Below, in pieces: positions 10,156 through 18,577 of a DNA stretch of 64,000 nucleotides. The position numbers and the translations under genes are program-made. Within the stretch, counting starts at the first letter, position 1. Each line of letters begins with the position of its first letter. Location of the stretch: contig PCXY01000005.1 of NCBI GenBank assembly GCA_002762785.1, forward strand, positions 392,849 to 456,848, in the 5' to 3' direction. Below the pieces are notes generated by a model. The model was not told where the DNA came from, made no database searches, and saw only the letters and a program-made list of their open reading frames with translations. This DNA is from Candidatus Woesearchaeota archaeon CG10_big_fil_rev_8_21_14_0_10_45_16 (GTDB lineage Archaea; Nanobdellota; Nanobdellia; Woesearchaeales; GW2011-AR9).

Positions 10156-11277
10156 TCAAAAACCATTATCTTTGACAAATTTCAGGACAATCTTCTCAGC
10201 CTCTTTCCGTTTCCGTTGGTGTTCTTCCAGAAAGGCGCTCACTTTCTCGATGCAATACTTTTTCAACTCCCCCGAGAGCAGCTGGCCAGACCTGTAGTCA
10301 TCACTGAGCTTCTGTAATTTTTTATCATCTGGTTCTAGTCCGTACCGCAGCATCTGGAAAGCCACATCCACGTCGGGGTTGCCGCCTTTCTTACGGTGTT
10401 CTTCAACCGTCGCCTGTCCTCCTGAGAAAGCATACTTGTTGATCTTGGCCGCCGCTTCTTTAGGCGTGTCGCTTAAAGCGATATAGGACAGTGGATCTGA
10501 CGACGACATCTTGCCGTTCTTTAATCCTGGGCAGAACATATGATAAGTAGAACTTAACTGGTTAAAGTTGAACAGCTTGATCCTTTGCGACATGTCTCGA
10601 GCTAATCTTATATGAGGGTCTTGGTCGACACCCACGGGAATGACTATCGGCAGGGCTTTTCCCTCAAACTCTTTCAACTGAGGGTGCAGCATGTCTGCCG
10701 CCTGTAATAAAGAAGAAGCCATCTTTCCGGGCGAAATTTCTCCGTAGACCGCTTTGAATTCATTGAATGTGGCATGTCTGGCCAGCAAACTGGCTAAGGA
10801 ATAATAGGCGTTTGATCTCATGCCATCTTTAGATCGTTTTGACTGGAAATAGAAGTCGCACTTTTTCAGGTCAAGGCCGAGGGCGACGTAGTTTGTCAGG
10901 TATTCTTCGATGGCGGTCTTCCGCAGTTCATCCATGTCTGGGTTTCTGGAATTATACGCTTCAATATCCGCTACTGTCACGTACACTTTCGCTCCCAGCT
11001 TCTGGTAGAAGATCATCTGTTCGGCCACCATCTTATGACCAAAGTGAAACTTGCCGGAAGGCATCAGGCCAGTCATCATCACGAACGGCTTCTTTTTTTC
11101 TACTGCTTCCAAGATCTTTTCGAAGTCACGGTGGGCATAGATTATCTTTCTTCTGAATAAAACAGACTCTTGAAACTGCTTAGGAAGATCAGCCATCGCT
11201 TTCAGGCCGAACTCCTTGATCAGTTTGCCGTAATCGATAGTTCCCTGCACTTCCCATGGCGTGACTTTCTGTTTCAT
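10156..11277 (-). CDS. trpS: Tryptophan--tRNA ligase (archaeal/eukaryotic type)
   Basis: Class I HIGH-like PSGKFHFGH, plus VDQDPHIR and KMSSSDP, which match eukaryotic/archaeal TrpRS IDQDPYFR and KMSASDP. Confidence 0.85.
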   Translation of the reverse strand: MKQKVTPWEVQGTIDYGKLIKEFGLKAMADLPKQFQESVLFRRKIIYAHRDFEKILEAVEKKKPFVMMTGLMPSGKFHFGHKMVAEQMIFYQKLGAKVYVTVADIEAYNSRNPDMDELRKTAIEEYLTNYVALGLDLKKCDFYFQSKRSKDGMRSNAYYSLASLLARHATFNEFKAVYGEISPGKMASSLLQAADMLHPQLKEFEGKALPIVIPVGVDQDPHIRLARDMSQRIKLFNFNQLSSTYHMFCPGLKNGKMSSSDPLSYIALSDTPKEAAAKINKYAFSGGQATVEEHRKKGGNPDVDVAFQMLRYGLEPDDKKLQKLSDDYRSGQLLSGELKKYCIEKVSAFLEEHQRKRKEAEKIVLKFVKDNGF

Positions 11278-11344
11278 CTTGTCAAGAAGGTTTATCTGGT
11301 GATTTAAATACTTTGTTAGTTTAATCTAAAAATAAAAGAAAAAA

Positions 11345-11542
11345 TTAATTCTTGCTTACCCACCAGATCAGATATAATCCGGAGAGACCGACCAGAATGT
11401 AGACAAGGTTCTGTAGCCAGGTAATCGAGCCGAGGACCAGGTTGACCAGATCCAGGCCAAATGCTCCGACGAGACCCCAATTTACTGCGCCTACGATGAC
11501 CAGGACCAGCGCAATCCAATCCAACACACTTTTTTCTGCCAT
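11345..11542 (-). CDS. DUF378 family small membrane protein
   Basis: Two TM helices with a VGAVNWGLVG signature typical of DUF378. Confidence 0.6.
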   Translation of the reverse strand: MAEKSVLDWIALVLVIVGAVNWGLVGAFGLDLVNLVLGSITWLQNLVYILVGLSGLYLIWWVSKN

Positions 11543-11587
11543 TTTATCACTATCACCTCTTTTTGGGAGAGAAAGGCTCCAGATTAT

Positions 11588-12346
11588 TTATATCTTTTTA
11601 ACCATCTCTTTATACATCTTTATCATGACTGCCTTCAGGTTCTCGATGTCTTCGGCATTATAATGCAGCAGGAGGTCAAGATACTCTTTATCATGTGAAG
11701 CATGGAAAGCTTTCCATAAGTCAACCGGGTTGCCGTAAAGATGCGGCGGTCTTTTGAGATCAAGAATCTTTTCCACTTCTTTCAATCCTCCTTTAAAGCC
11801 GAGGTTGACACACAAGGGCTTGAGATCGATGTGAGGCAGGTCAATCTTTATCTTAAGCTCTTTCTTCAGTTTCGGCAAGTCAAACGATGAGCCGTTGAAG
11901 GTGACCATTATCCTGTATCTTTGAAGTTCTTTCTCAAGAAGACCTTTTTCCAGGTTCACCCCTTTCACAAACTGTCTGGTGTCGTAATAATCAGAGATGC
12001 CGACAACGACCACTTTTCCGTGTGAATCAACTTCAATATCAAGGTAACAGCATTCTTCTTTGAAATGGTCGTACAGCCGCCACATCTCTTTTTGAGGCAG
12101 CTTTCCGATAAAATAAGAAGAGTTATCATCTCTTAATGCTTTCTGAGCTTCTCGTATCTGCCGATCATAATAGCTCTTTGTAGAAAGGCTGATCCCTTTT
12201 ACTTCTTTTGCCCTTAGGAAATCGTTCCAGTCTTTGATACCTTGCTGCCAGATAGTCTGCTCTTTACGTGAACGCACTTTTTCCAGAAAGACGAAAGATC
12301 GTCTGATCATCAGGAATGGGAAATAACTTTCTTGGAGCGTTTCCAA
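11588..12346 (-). CDS. RNase H-like fold 3'-5' exonuclease (YprB/PolB-exo-like); alternative start at 12310 overlapping upstream stop
   Basis: DEDD-type motifs: LDIEVD (exo I), TFNGSSFD (exo II), HYNAEDI (exo III). Confidence 0.6.
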   Translation of the reverse strand: METLQESYFPFLMIRRSFVFLEKVRSRKEQTIWQQGIKDWNDFLRAKEVKGISLSTKSYYDRQIREAQKALRDDNSSYFIGKLPQKEMWRLYDHFKEECCYLDIEVDSHGKVVVVGISDYYDTRQFVKGVNLEKGLLEKELQRYRIMVTFNGSSFDLPKLKKELKIKIDLPHIDLKPLCVNLGFKGGLKEVEKILDLKRPPHLYGNPVDLWKAFHASHDKEYLDLLLHYNAEDIENLKAVMIKMYKEMVKKI

Positions 12347-13194
12347 CTGCTTATCTTTGTTCCTACATCTTCCTCTACTGATCTTACTCTAAGAAACATG
12401 CAGAAAAAAGCATAGGTAAAGAGCAGATACGCGGCGATCCAGATCAAGTCTAGCTGGACGAACGGCATCAGCTCTTGTTCATACTGCAGTTGGAAATAGG
12501 AATATAATATGTCTGCAACCAGAGTAAAAAAAAAGCCGGCAACAAAAGTGTACCAACAACGAGAGAGGGCATGCTCGCTGAGATCAGGACTGCTATGGGC
12601 GACGAATATCAGCGACAAGGCACAGATGACTAAGATAAAATCACCGATGTTATAAAGCATGGTGATGACGTTCTCGATCATAGGCACCGAAGCATCATAA
12701 GCCAGGTAGATGCCGAAGTACGCGAAAAGAGCGACCGCCAGGAGAAGGCCGAAGGCATAACTGCCTCTTTTAAAGCTGTTCCAGTAACCTTCTCCTTGAC
12801 GCAACAATACGAAGGCTCCCATGAATAAGAAAGGATACCCTAACAGGTAGAAGACATCTGCCACCGACGGGAAAGGATCAATGTGGCTGAAAGTGTCAAG
12901 AGCGAAGACAAATTCAGAAAATTCTCCCAGGAACCAGAGACCGAGACCAATAGTAAAATAGAGATAGACAACGCCTTTAAAACCGCCAGGATAATACTTC
13001 TTGGTGATCAGGATGCCGGCCAGGAGCGTCGACAACGGCGCTATGAGGTAGACTACTTGAGCAAAGATATTTCGCGGACTGACGTAGAACGTCACCAGTG
13101 CCAGCAGGAAGAAAAGGCCGACGGCCCACTTTCCATAGGTCTTAGCTTTTTTTACATCCCATCCCATTTTTCTTCTGTAAACTATGCTCAACAC
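12310..13194 (-). CDS. Polytopic integral membrane protein
   Basis: About eight hydrophobic helices; no motif recognised. Confidence 0.5.
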   Translation of the reverse strand: MLSIVYRRKMGWDVKKAKTYGKWAVGLFFLLALVTFYVSPRNIFAQVVYLIAPLSTLLAGILITKKYYPGGFKGVVYLYFTIGLGLWFLGEFSEFVFALDTFSHIDPFPSVADVFYLLGYPFLFMGAFVLLRQGEGYWNSFKRGSYAFGLLLAVALFAYFGIYLAYDASVPMIENVITMLYNIGDFILVICALSLIFVAHSSPDLSEHALSRCWYTFVAGFFFTLVADILYSYFQLQYEQELMPFVQLDLIWIAAYLLFTYAFFCMFLRVRSVEEDVGTKISSWKRSKKVISHS

Positions 13195-13270
13195 TTATTA
13201 ATCTTTCCTGAGAGCAGAAAATCTTATAACTTTTTATAATCTTACTACAATATAACTTATTTAGGGCTGC

Positions 13271-14356
13271 CTAGAGGTCAATCAACACCCGCTTGTTCTT
13301 AAGATCAACTGTCTTTATCTTCTTCTCCTTTTTCAGAGCCGTCTCGATCTCCTGCCAGCCGGCCGTCTTCTTCATCTCGTCTACGATATCACGAAGTTTC
13401 TGCAGCTTGGCATAACTTTCATAGATGGTGTCTCCCCTCTTTCCATTAAGTGTAATTTTTTCTTGTAATTCTTCAATGGCCTTCTCCTGTCCCTCGACCA
13501 TCTTTTCTAATGTTCTTATCTTTTGGTCATAGGGTGATACTTTCTGGAAAGGATTGAGAGTGTCTAGAGCCTGGCTGTAGAGTTCTGTCTTCTTCTTTTC
13601 TTCCTGGCTTTGCAATGGGAACGGCGTGACTTCTTCCTCATAGATATATCCCTGCGGCGTTTCGATGTGTTTCAAGAATTCTTTGATGGTCTTGTTGATC
13701 TTCTTTATCGTCCCTTGGTCTATCTCTCGTGGGGAAATGCTCTTGTCTATGCCAAGCAGCCGGCAGATCTCTTCTGCATAAAGGCCGCCGAGACCTATTT
13801 CGGTAGCTAAAGTCACGACGACGCTTTTCTTATCGCTCTTAGAGAAAAGATCTTGCAGCTGTTTCTCACTCATCTTTTTCCAGTCGAAGGCCGCTTCAGG
13901 GAAAACGTATCTCTCTTTTGGCTTGACGATGCGGTCTTTCCAGCGCTGCCATTCTAGAGTGCCGATGATGATACCTTCTTTATCCAGCAGAACGACATTA
14001 CCTTTGGAGAAAAGTTCAATCACCAAAGAAAACTTCTCTTCTTTCTCCAGCTCAAATATCAATATGCGTTCCGAATCCTTTTGTTGGATGGACCGGATGA
14101 TGGCATTGTTGATGTGTTTACGCAGGAGCATACAGAAGCCAGTGGGTCTTAACGGCGTATCTTTCTGCTCGGTCAAGCAGACGTACTTTCCTGGAATGAT
14201 CTTCAGCAGAACTTTCCCTTTTCCCGGAGCGTGCAGCTGTAATAACAGCTCTTTTTTATCTTGGTGGTAGATCTGGGAGACCTTGCCTCGCACCAGAAGC
14301 TGCAGCTCATTGACGATAGCAGCTAGTTCGAGCGAGGAGATAGATTTTTTAGGCAT
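13271..14356 (-). CDS. NFACT-N domain protein (Rqc2/Tae2/FbpA-like N-terminal region only)
   Basis: The N-terminal 300 aa resemble the NFACT-N plus HhH region (LELAAIVNEL...GKVSQIY). No NFACT-R/C portion is present in this ORF. Confidence 0.45.
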   Translation of the reverse strand: MPKKSISSLELAAIVNELQLLVRGKVSQIYHQDKKELLLQLHAPGKGKVLLKIIPGKYVCLTEQKDTPLRPTGFCMLLRKHINNAIIRSIQQKDSERILIFELEKEEKFSLVIELFSKGNVVLLDKEGIIIGTLEWQRWKDRIVKPKERYVFPEAAFDWKKMSEKQLQDLFSKSDKKSVVVTLATEIGLGGLYAEEICRLLGIDKSISPREIDQGTIKKINKTIKEFLKHIETPQGYIYEEEVTPFPLQSQEEKKKTELYSQALDTLNPFQKVSPYDQKIRTLEKMVEGQEKAIEELQEKITLNGKRGDTIYESYAKLQKLRDIVDEMKKTAGWQEIETALKKEKKIKTVDLKNKRVLIDL

Positions 14357-14399
14357 GAGGTGGTAACTATTTCCCTGTTTTATATACTTTTAGAAAAAT

Positions 14400-14990
14400 T
14401 TAGGACCAGAACTCAGGACTCTGTTGGAAGAATGACGAACAAGAGACTGTTTGCGCGGCCGTGTGACAGCCATATACCACTATCTTGATAGTGTTTGATG
14501 CCTGAGCCGTCAAATAGAAATTACGGATAGCTTCTTCATCGTTCATGACTTCTATCGGCGTCAATGAAAATTCTGCTGGGTTGAAATAATCCTTAGATAC
14601 AATAATCTCAAAAGGCTGGCGTACTGTTTGGAATGATCCTGGACTGTTGGCTAAAGCTCCCTCGAAAGAACTGCCAGTGATGATAATTTGGTCGTGCAAG
14701 CCCCCTGGACCGTCAATGAACTTAAGCTGCTGGATGGCATTTTTTGACAACTGTACTACTACTAAACTGGCCGGGTTGAAAGCAGGCGCCTGCTGCTGGG
14801 CAGCATACTGTCGCGGATTTGGTACGTTCAACCTTTTGACAGCTTCCCCCGCTACGCTTTCATCGTTCCTGCCGATAAGAAACAGCCCGGCGATGATCAG
14901 GATCAGTACAACTACACCGCCAACGATGGAAAGAATCTTGTTCTGGGATACGGCCTCTTTTTTAACCATAAGCTTAAGGAAACAGTTCAC
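14400..14990 (-). CDS. Membrane-anchored secreted hypothetical protein
   Basis: N-terminal signal-anchor helix (IVGGVVVLILIIAGLFLIG). Confidence 0.4.
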   Translation of the reverse strand: MNCFLKLMVKKEAVSQNKILSIVGGVVVLILIIAGLFLIGRNDESVAGEAVKRLNVPNPRQYAAQQQAPAFNPASLVVVQLSKNAIQQLKFIDGPGGLHDQIIITGSSFEGALANSPGSFQTVRQPFEIIVSKDYFNPAEFSLTPIEVMNDEEAIRNFYLTAQASNTIKIVVYGCHTAAQTVSCSSFFQQSPEFWS

Positions 14991-15000
14991 GTTTAAATAA

Positions 15001-15630
15001 TTACCGTTCCCTAACTACGCCAAGAATCTCCGGTGCTCGGTTGTTATCTCTAACCGTAATCGTCACTCTTTCAGTTGTTACTGAACCAAATTCGTCCACA
15101 CATCTTACGGTAGTCTGATATCTTCCGGCGTCACTGAAACCAGTGTCTCTCCTTTCAGCTCCCAGCCAGCCGTCATAAGATAGTTCAACGTAATCTCCCT
15201 CAGGATCGTTGCAGCGAGCGTTCAGTTCGACCGGATTCCCTTCCATCACAATGATATTTTTCCGTACGCTGATAGCTGGAGCTTTATTCAAAGCCGGATC
15301 ACGGCAGGTGAAGCATTCGTAGTAGTAATTTTGGTCGACTACGAAATTGACGAATCGCGGCAGTTTTCCGTTTACTTTGTATCCTTCACCGGCGCCTGCT
15401 TTCATCCCGCAGGAGTTGTCTAGACATTCATAGAGAAGGACCTGCGCATCTTTTGGGCAGACGATGCCGTTCTCGATGATGGTGGCATTGGCCGTGTATG
15501 TTTTTTGGGCTTTAAGATGGGTGCTGCACATCCATTCTATGGGGCGTTTTTCAGTATAGACCAGTGTAGGCAGGGCTGAGACCGAAGATATAAAAATGAG
15601 AAATACAAGTAACGCAGCTATTTTTTTCAT
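15001..15630 (-). CDS. Secreted Cys-rich hypothetical protein with C-terminal Ig/PKD-like module
   Basis: Signal peptide MKKIAALLVFLIFISSVSA; multiple Cys. Confidence 0.45.
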   Translation of the reverse strand: MKKIAALLVFLIFISSVSALPTLVYTEKRPIEWMCSTHLKAQKTYTANATIIENGIVCPKDAQVLLYECLDNSCGMKAGAGEGYKVNGKLPRFVNFVVDQNYYYECFTCRDPALNKAPAISVRKNIIVMEGNPVELNARCNDPEGDYVELSYDGWLGAERRDTGFSDAGRYQTTVRCVDEFGSVTTERVTITVRDNNRAPEILGVVRER

Positions 15631-15734
15631 ACTGTTTCCGAATAGACCACCCTATATTAAGATTATTATGCTGGGGGCTAATATGAAATCCTCGAGGACA
15701 TCATGAACACCGATATTGGAAAATAAGAAAAAAA

Positions 15735-15870
15735 AGCGCCCAGGGGGAGTTTCGTGCGCAGAGCACAGCTCGAACCCCCGTATGCACGCTATCAGCTTTT
15801 TCATCGCTCATGAGAGCTCTTCATAGCGGACGACTGCAGGCGTGTGCCTTAGCCGCTTGGCGATGGGCGC
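15735..15870 (-). tRNA. tRNA-Cys(GCA) with two introns (about 43 nt at 37/38; about 20 nt inside T-loop)
   Basis: On the minus strand the 5' acceptor GCGCCCA pairs with 3' TGGGCGC. The anticodon arm is CACGC-CUGCAG/intron/A-GCGUG with G37, and the discriminator is U73. T-arm is GGGGG-UUCGA[insert]CU-CCCCC. An oligo-T terminator follows immediately and a TATA box (ACTATATAAAG) lies about 27 nt upstream. Confidence 0.65.
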
Positions 15871-15893
15871 TTGGCAATCTCCCTAGATGGATT

Positions 15894-15904
15894 CTTTATA
15901 TAGT
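15894..15904 (-). promoter_or_regulatory. TATA box for tRNA-Cys
   Basis: AACTATATAAAG on the minus strand about 25-30 nt upstream of the tRNA 5' end. Confidence 0.4.
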
Positions 15905-15922
15905 TTTCTAGTCATATGATCC

Positions 15923-16549
15923 CTACTCGATCCTGAAAGAATCAAACCAATCTTTTTTGGAGAGCTTTCGAGGGATCTGGTTGAGCTCTTCTTTGGTGCC
16001 TTCAACAAAATAACTAAAAGTGAGAACTTCATCTCTCCTGTTAAATTCAAGACTGTTAAGCTTAGGTTTCCTTGTCCCTAAAGCGGAATCCAATTCTTCC
16101 TTTTCGATGATACGGTTGGTCTTGATAGTTATCTTCTTCTGATAAGAGCCAAGGCCTCTTTTCTCCAGGTAGATATCAAGGATCATCACCACCCACAATG
16201 AGCCGTAAAGGATGAACCCTTCCAGAAACTCGCCCACACCGATCAAAAGTCCGAAAATAGCAAACAGCCAGATGGTTGCGGCGGAGGTAAAACCTGAAAT
16301 CTTGTCAGTGGTCTTTATCAGGGCTCCAGCTCCCAGGAAACCGATGCCGGTGACGATAGAGCCTAATAGGGGCAATGGTTCGCCGGGGTTTAGGTTAAGC
16401 GCGGTTATGGCTAAGGCACAGGCTCCTAGAGAGACAAAAGTGAAAGTGCCGAAGCCGATAGGCTTATGCTGCCATTGCCGGGTCAGGCCGAAAACCAAAG
16501 CTAGGGTGAAAACAAGCAGGGACTTTTCCAGGATGATAATGTCGATCAT
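15923..16549 (-). CDS. MgtC/SapB family membrane protein
   Basis: N-terminal MgtC-like TM block (GIGFLGAGALIK, AATIWLFAIFGLLIGVGE) plus a soluble C-terminal domain. Confidence 0.55.
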   Translation of the reverse strand: MIDIIILEKSLLVFTLALVFGLTRQWQHKPIGFGTFTFVSLGACALAITALNLNPGEPLPLLGSIVTGIGFLGAGALIKTTDKISGFTSAATIWLFAIFGLLIGVGEFLEGFILYGSLWVVMILDIYLEKRGLGSYQKKITIKTNRIIEKEELDSALGTRKPKLNSLEFNRRDEVLTFSYFVEGTKEELNQIPRKLSKKDWFDSFRIE

Positions 16550-16608
16550 GATGCTTTTCCGACGCTAGAACTTCTATTTAAGCTTATGGTTTTAGCTATA
16601 GGTTTTAG

Positions 16609-17037
16609 CTATAACTTATGTCCGTACCTTTCCAGAAAACCAGGGAACTGTGAATGCAGCGGATCTGGTAAAGAATCTAAGCGGAACCAGCCGATCTCAT
16701 CAAACTTGTGGAGTTCGCCGATCTTAACTTTATTTTTATCTACCAGAACCTTGAAGAACATGGCCAGCCAATGAGTCTTAGTATTGTTATTTTCTCTGAA
16801 GATGTCTCCATAACCTAAAAATTCATATTCAAAGACATCCGTACAATATTCTTCTTTAATCTCTTTCCGCAAAGTTTCTTCGATAGTATAACCAAATTCC
16901 AGCCCGCCGCCGCCGACATCCCATCGCCCATGTTCATCCCGGCAGTTCTTCGACCTTTTGGCGAACAGAAAATTACCTTGACCATCGTGGCACAAGAAGA
17001 CGATACTTACCCCTGGGAAATCGATGCCTTTTTTCAT
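16609..17037 (-). CDS. NUDIX hydrolase
   Basis: Nudix box GGGLEFGYTIEETLRKEIKEEY. Confidence 0.75.
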   Translation of the reverse strand: MKKGIDFPGVSIVFLCHDGQGNFLFAKRSKNCRDEHGRWDVGGGGLEFGYTIEETLRKEIKEEYCTDVFEYEFLGYGDIFRENNNTKTHWLAMFFKVLVDKNKVKIGELHKFDEIGWFRLDSLPDPLHSQFPGFLERYGHKL

Positions 17038-17423
17038 TCTCTTATTTCCTCTACTAAATCTGAGATGTCATGAACTTGGCCTATCCAGGGGGTTACAGGA
17101 GAGACTTCTTTTTCAGGAAGTCTTCTTGTTCTTCTGAGTATATTTGCATATATTCTTCCAGGACGGGCTACGTTTTCCCAATGATCCATTATTTCTTGAT
17201 AGACATCTGGAGTGACGACATGGACATGTTCTACTAAGCCGAATGTTCTTCTTTCAAAACCCCAGCCGTTGCGGACATAAGTCCACTGACCTATGATTAT
17301 TGTGTCTCCTATCTCGATAGCATTGATCCTTGGGTCGTAACGAAGTTTCATCTGTTTTGGGACGCCCTCAACCCTGATATCAGAAACACGCAACTCTGCA
17401 GCTGTATATTTTAAATCTGCCAT
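17034..17423 (-). CDS. Hypothetical protein, possibly PUA/ASCH-like; start corrected to Met immediately after the tRNA-Arg terminator
   Basis: The track ORF's first 11 codons (MKVPSGPFFYK) translate the tRNA-Arg acceptor stem and oligo-T terminator. The ATG at 17423 follows the T-tract directly. Confidence 0.45.
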   Translation of the reverse strand: MADLKYTAAELRVSDIRVEGVPKQMKLRYDPRINAIEIGDTIIIGQWTYVRNGWGFERRTFGLVEHVHVVTPDVYQEIMDHWENVARPGRIYANILRRTRRLPEKEVSPVTPWIGQVHDISDLVEEIRE

Positions 17424-17435
17424 CTTGTAAAAAAA

Positions 17436-17601
17436 CGGGCCCGAGGGGACTTTCAAGGATACACGCTATCTTATGAGTTGGCGGCGAAGCCGCTCCGTCT
17501 CTCAGATGACGTGACATCTGTTTGAACCCCCGATCTACAGCTCTCGTCAAAGACTGGCTTTGTAGAAGGCTGTCGCCTTATCCAGGCTAGGCTACGGGCC
17601 C
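17436..17601 (-). tRNA. tRNA-Arg(UCU) with two introns (20 nt at 37/38; about 70 nt inside T-loop)
   Basis: Minus strand: acceptor GGGCCCG/CGGGCCC, perfect 4-bp D-stem GCCU/AGGC with AGCCUGGAUA loop, and anticodon arm ACAGC-CUUCUA/intron/A-GCUGU. T-arm is GGGGG-UUCAA[70-nt insert containing palindrome CAGAUGACGUGACAUCUG]GU-CCCCU. Discriminator G is followed by T7, and a TATA-like AAATATTTAAAAG lies about 25-37 nt upstream. Confidence 0.65.
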
Positions 17602-17625
17602 GTATCTCCTCCGAACGACAGATGA

Positions 17626-17638
17626 CTTTTAAATATTT
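17626..17638 (-). promoter_or_regulatory. TATA box for tRNA-Arg
   Basis: AAATATTTAAAAG on the minus strand upstream of the tRNA 5' end. Confidence 0.4.
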
Positions 17639-17667
17639 CGTTATATAAAATGTATAAAAAAAAGTTT

Positions 17668-18261
17668 TTACCTGATCGTAACCTTCTCGATCACCACATC
17701 TTCCACAGGCTTGTCCTGTCTATCTGTCTCTACCCTGGCAATCTTTTCGATGACATCTAGGCCTTCTACAACTTCTCCGAAGACCGGATGCTTGCTCTGC
17801 AAAGGCTGCTTGTTGAAGTCAAGGAACGAGTTGTCTCCCAGGTTGATGAAGAATTGGCTACCTCCGGAATTAGCTTGACCGGTATTGGCCATGGCGATAG
17901 TCCCTTTCTTGTTGGATAATCCTTCCACAAACTCGTCCTGGATGGTATAGCCAGGTCCGCCGGTACCCCACATGGCTTTCTTACTGTCGTCTTTAGTAAG
18001 AGGATCGCCACCTTGGATCATGAAGCCTGATGGCGGAGCTTTTGCAGGCCCGATGACGCGATGAAATTTGCTGCCGTCGTAGAAGCCTTTCTCAGCTAGG
18101 TCGATGAAATTTTTTGTAGTTATAGGCATCTTATCTTCAAAGAGCGTAATCTTGATGACGCCCATATTTGTCTCTATTGTTGCTGTCCTGTTCATTGTTC
18201 CTCCTCCGCATGATGTGATGAAAATGCTTAGTATTAACAGTATCGCTAGGTATCTTTTCAT
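17668..18261 (-). CDS. Secreted/lipoprotein peptidyl-prolyl cis-trans isomerase (cyclophilin type)
   Basis: Cyclophilin signatures (HRVIGPA..FMIQGGD; GTIAMANTG). The N-terminus has a lipobox-like ITSCGGG. Confidence 0.85.
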   Translation of the reverse strand: MKRYLAILLILSIFITSCGGGTMNRTATIETNMGVIKITLFEDKMPITTKNFIDLAEKGFYDGSKFHRVIGPAKAPPSGFMIQGGDPLTKDDSKKAMWGTGGPGYTIQDEFVEGLSNKKGTIAMANTGQANSGGSQFFINLGDNSFLDFNKQPLQSKHPVFGEVVEGLDVIEKIARVETDRQDKPVEDVVIEKVTIR

Positions 18262-18467
18262 TTTAATCTCCTCTTGACTTCTTGCGGGTCGCAGTAAAGG
18301 TCAAGATGTCCGCAGTCAAGACACATCGTCGCCTCTACGGTGGCTGAGCTGGATAATTTTCTTTGATTATTTGACTTGTAGTTGACCGGATGCAGGTTGA
18401 ACGGGATAGGCAATAAGCCTTGGTCTAGTTTTGTACTGCCGCAGCGTAAGCACTTGCTTGGTCTCAT
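18258..18467 (-). CDS. Small zinc-ribbon protein
   Basis: CxxC ... CxxC spacing (CLRCGS ... CLDCGH); the stop overlaps the start of the cyclophilin gene. Confidence 0.5.
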   Translation of the reverse strand: MRPSKCLRCGSTKLDQGLLPIPFNLHPVNYKSNNQRKLSSSATVEATMCLDCGHLDLYCDPQEVKRRLK

Positions 18468-18577
18468 GCTGCTGATGGGAGAAAACTCCTTTTTATATTT
18501 GCCGATTACATTAAACTACTAAATAGTGGTAAAATTATCAAAAAGTTTATAAGTCTGGGTCTATTTTTAGCTTTAAA

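Noticed and set aside
17424-17456. First 11 codons of track ORF 17034..17456 (MKVPSGPFFYK)
   Set aside because: They translate the acceptor stem and oligo-T terminator of tRNA-Arg; the true start was moved to ATG at 17423.
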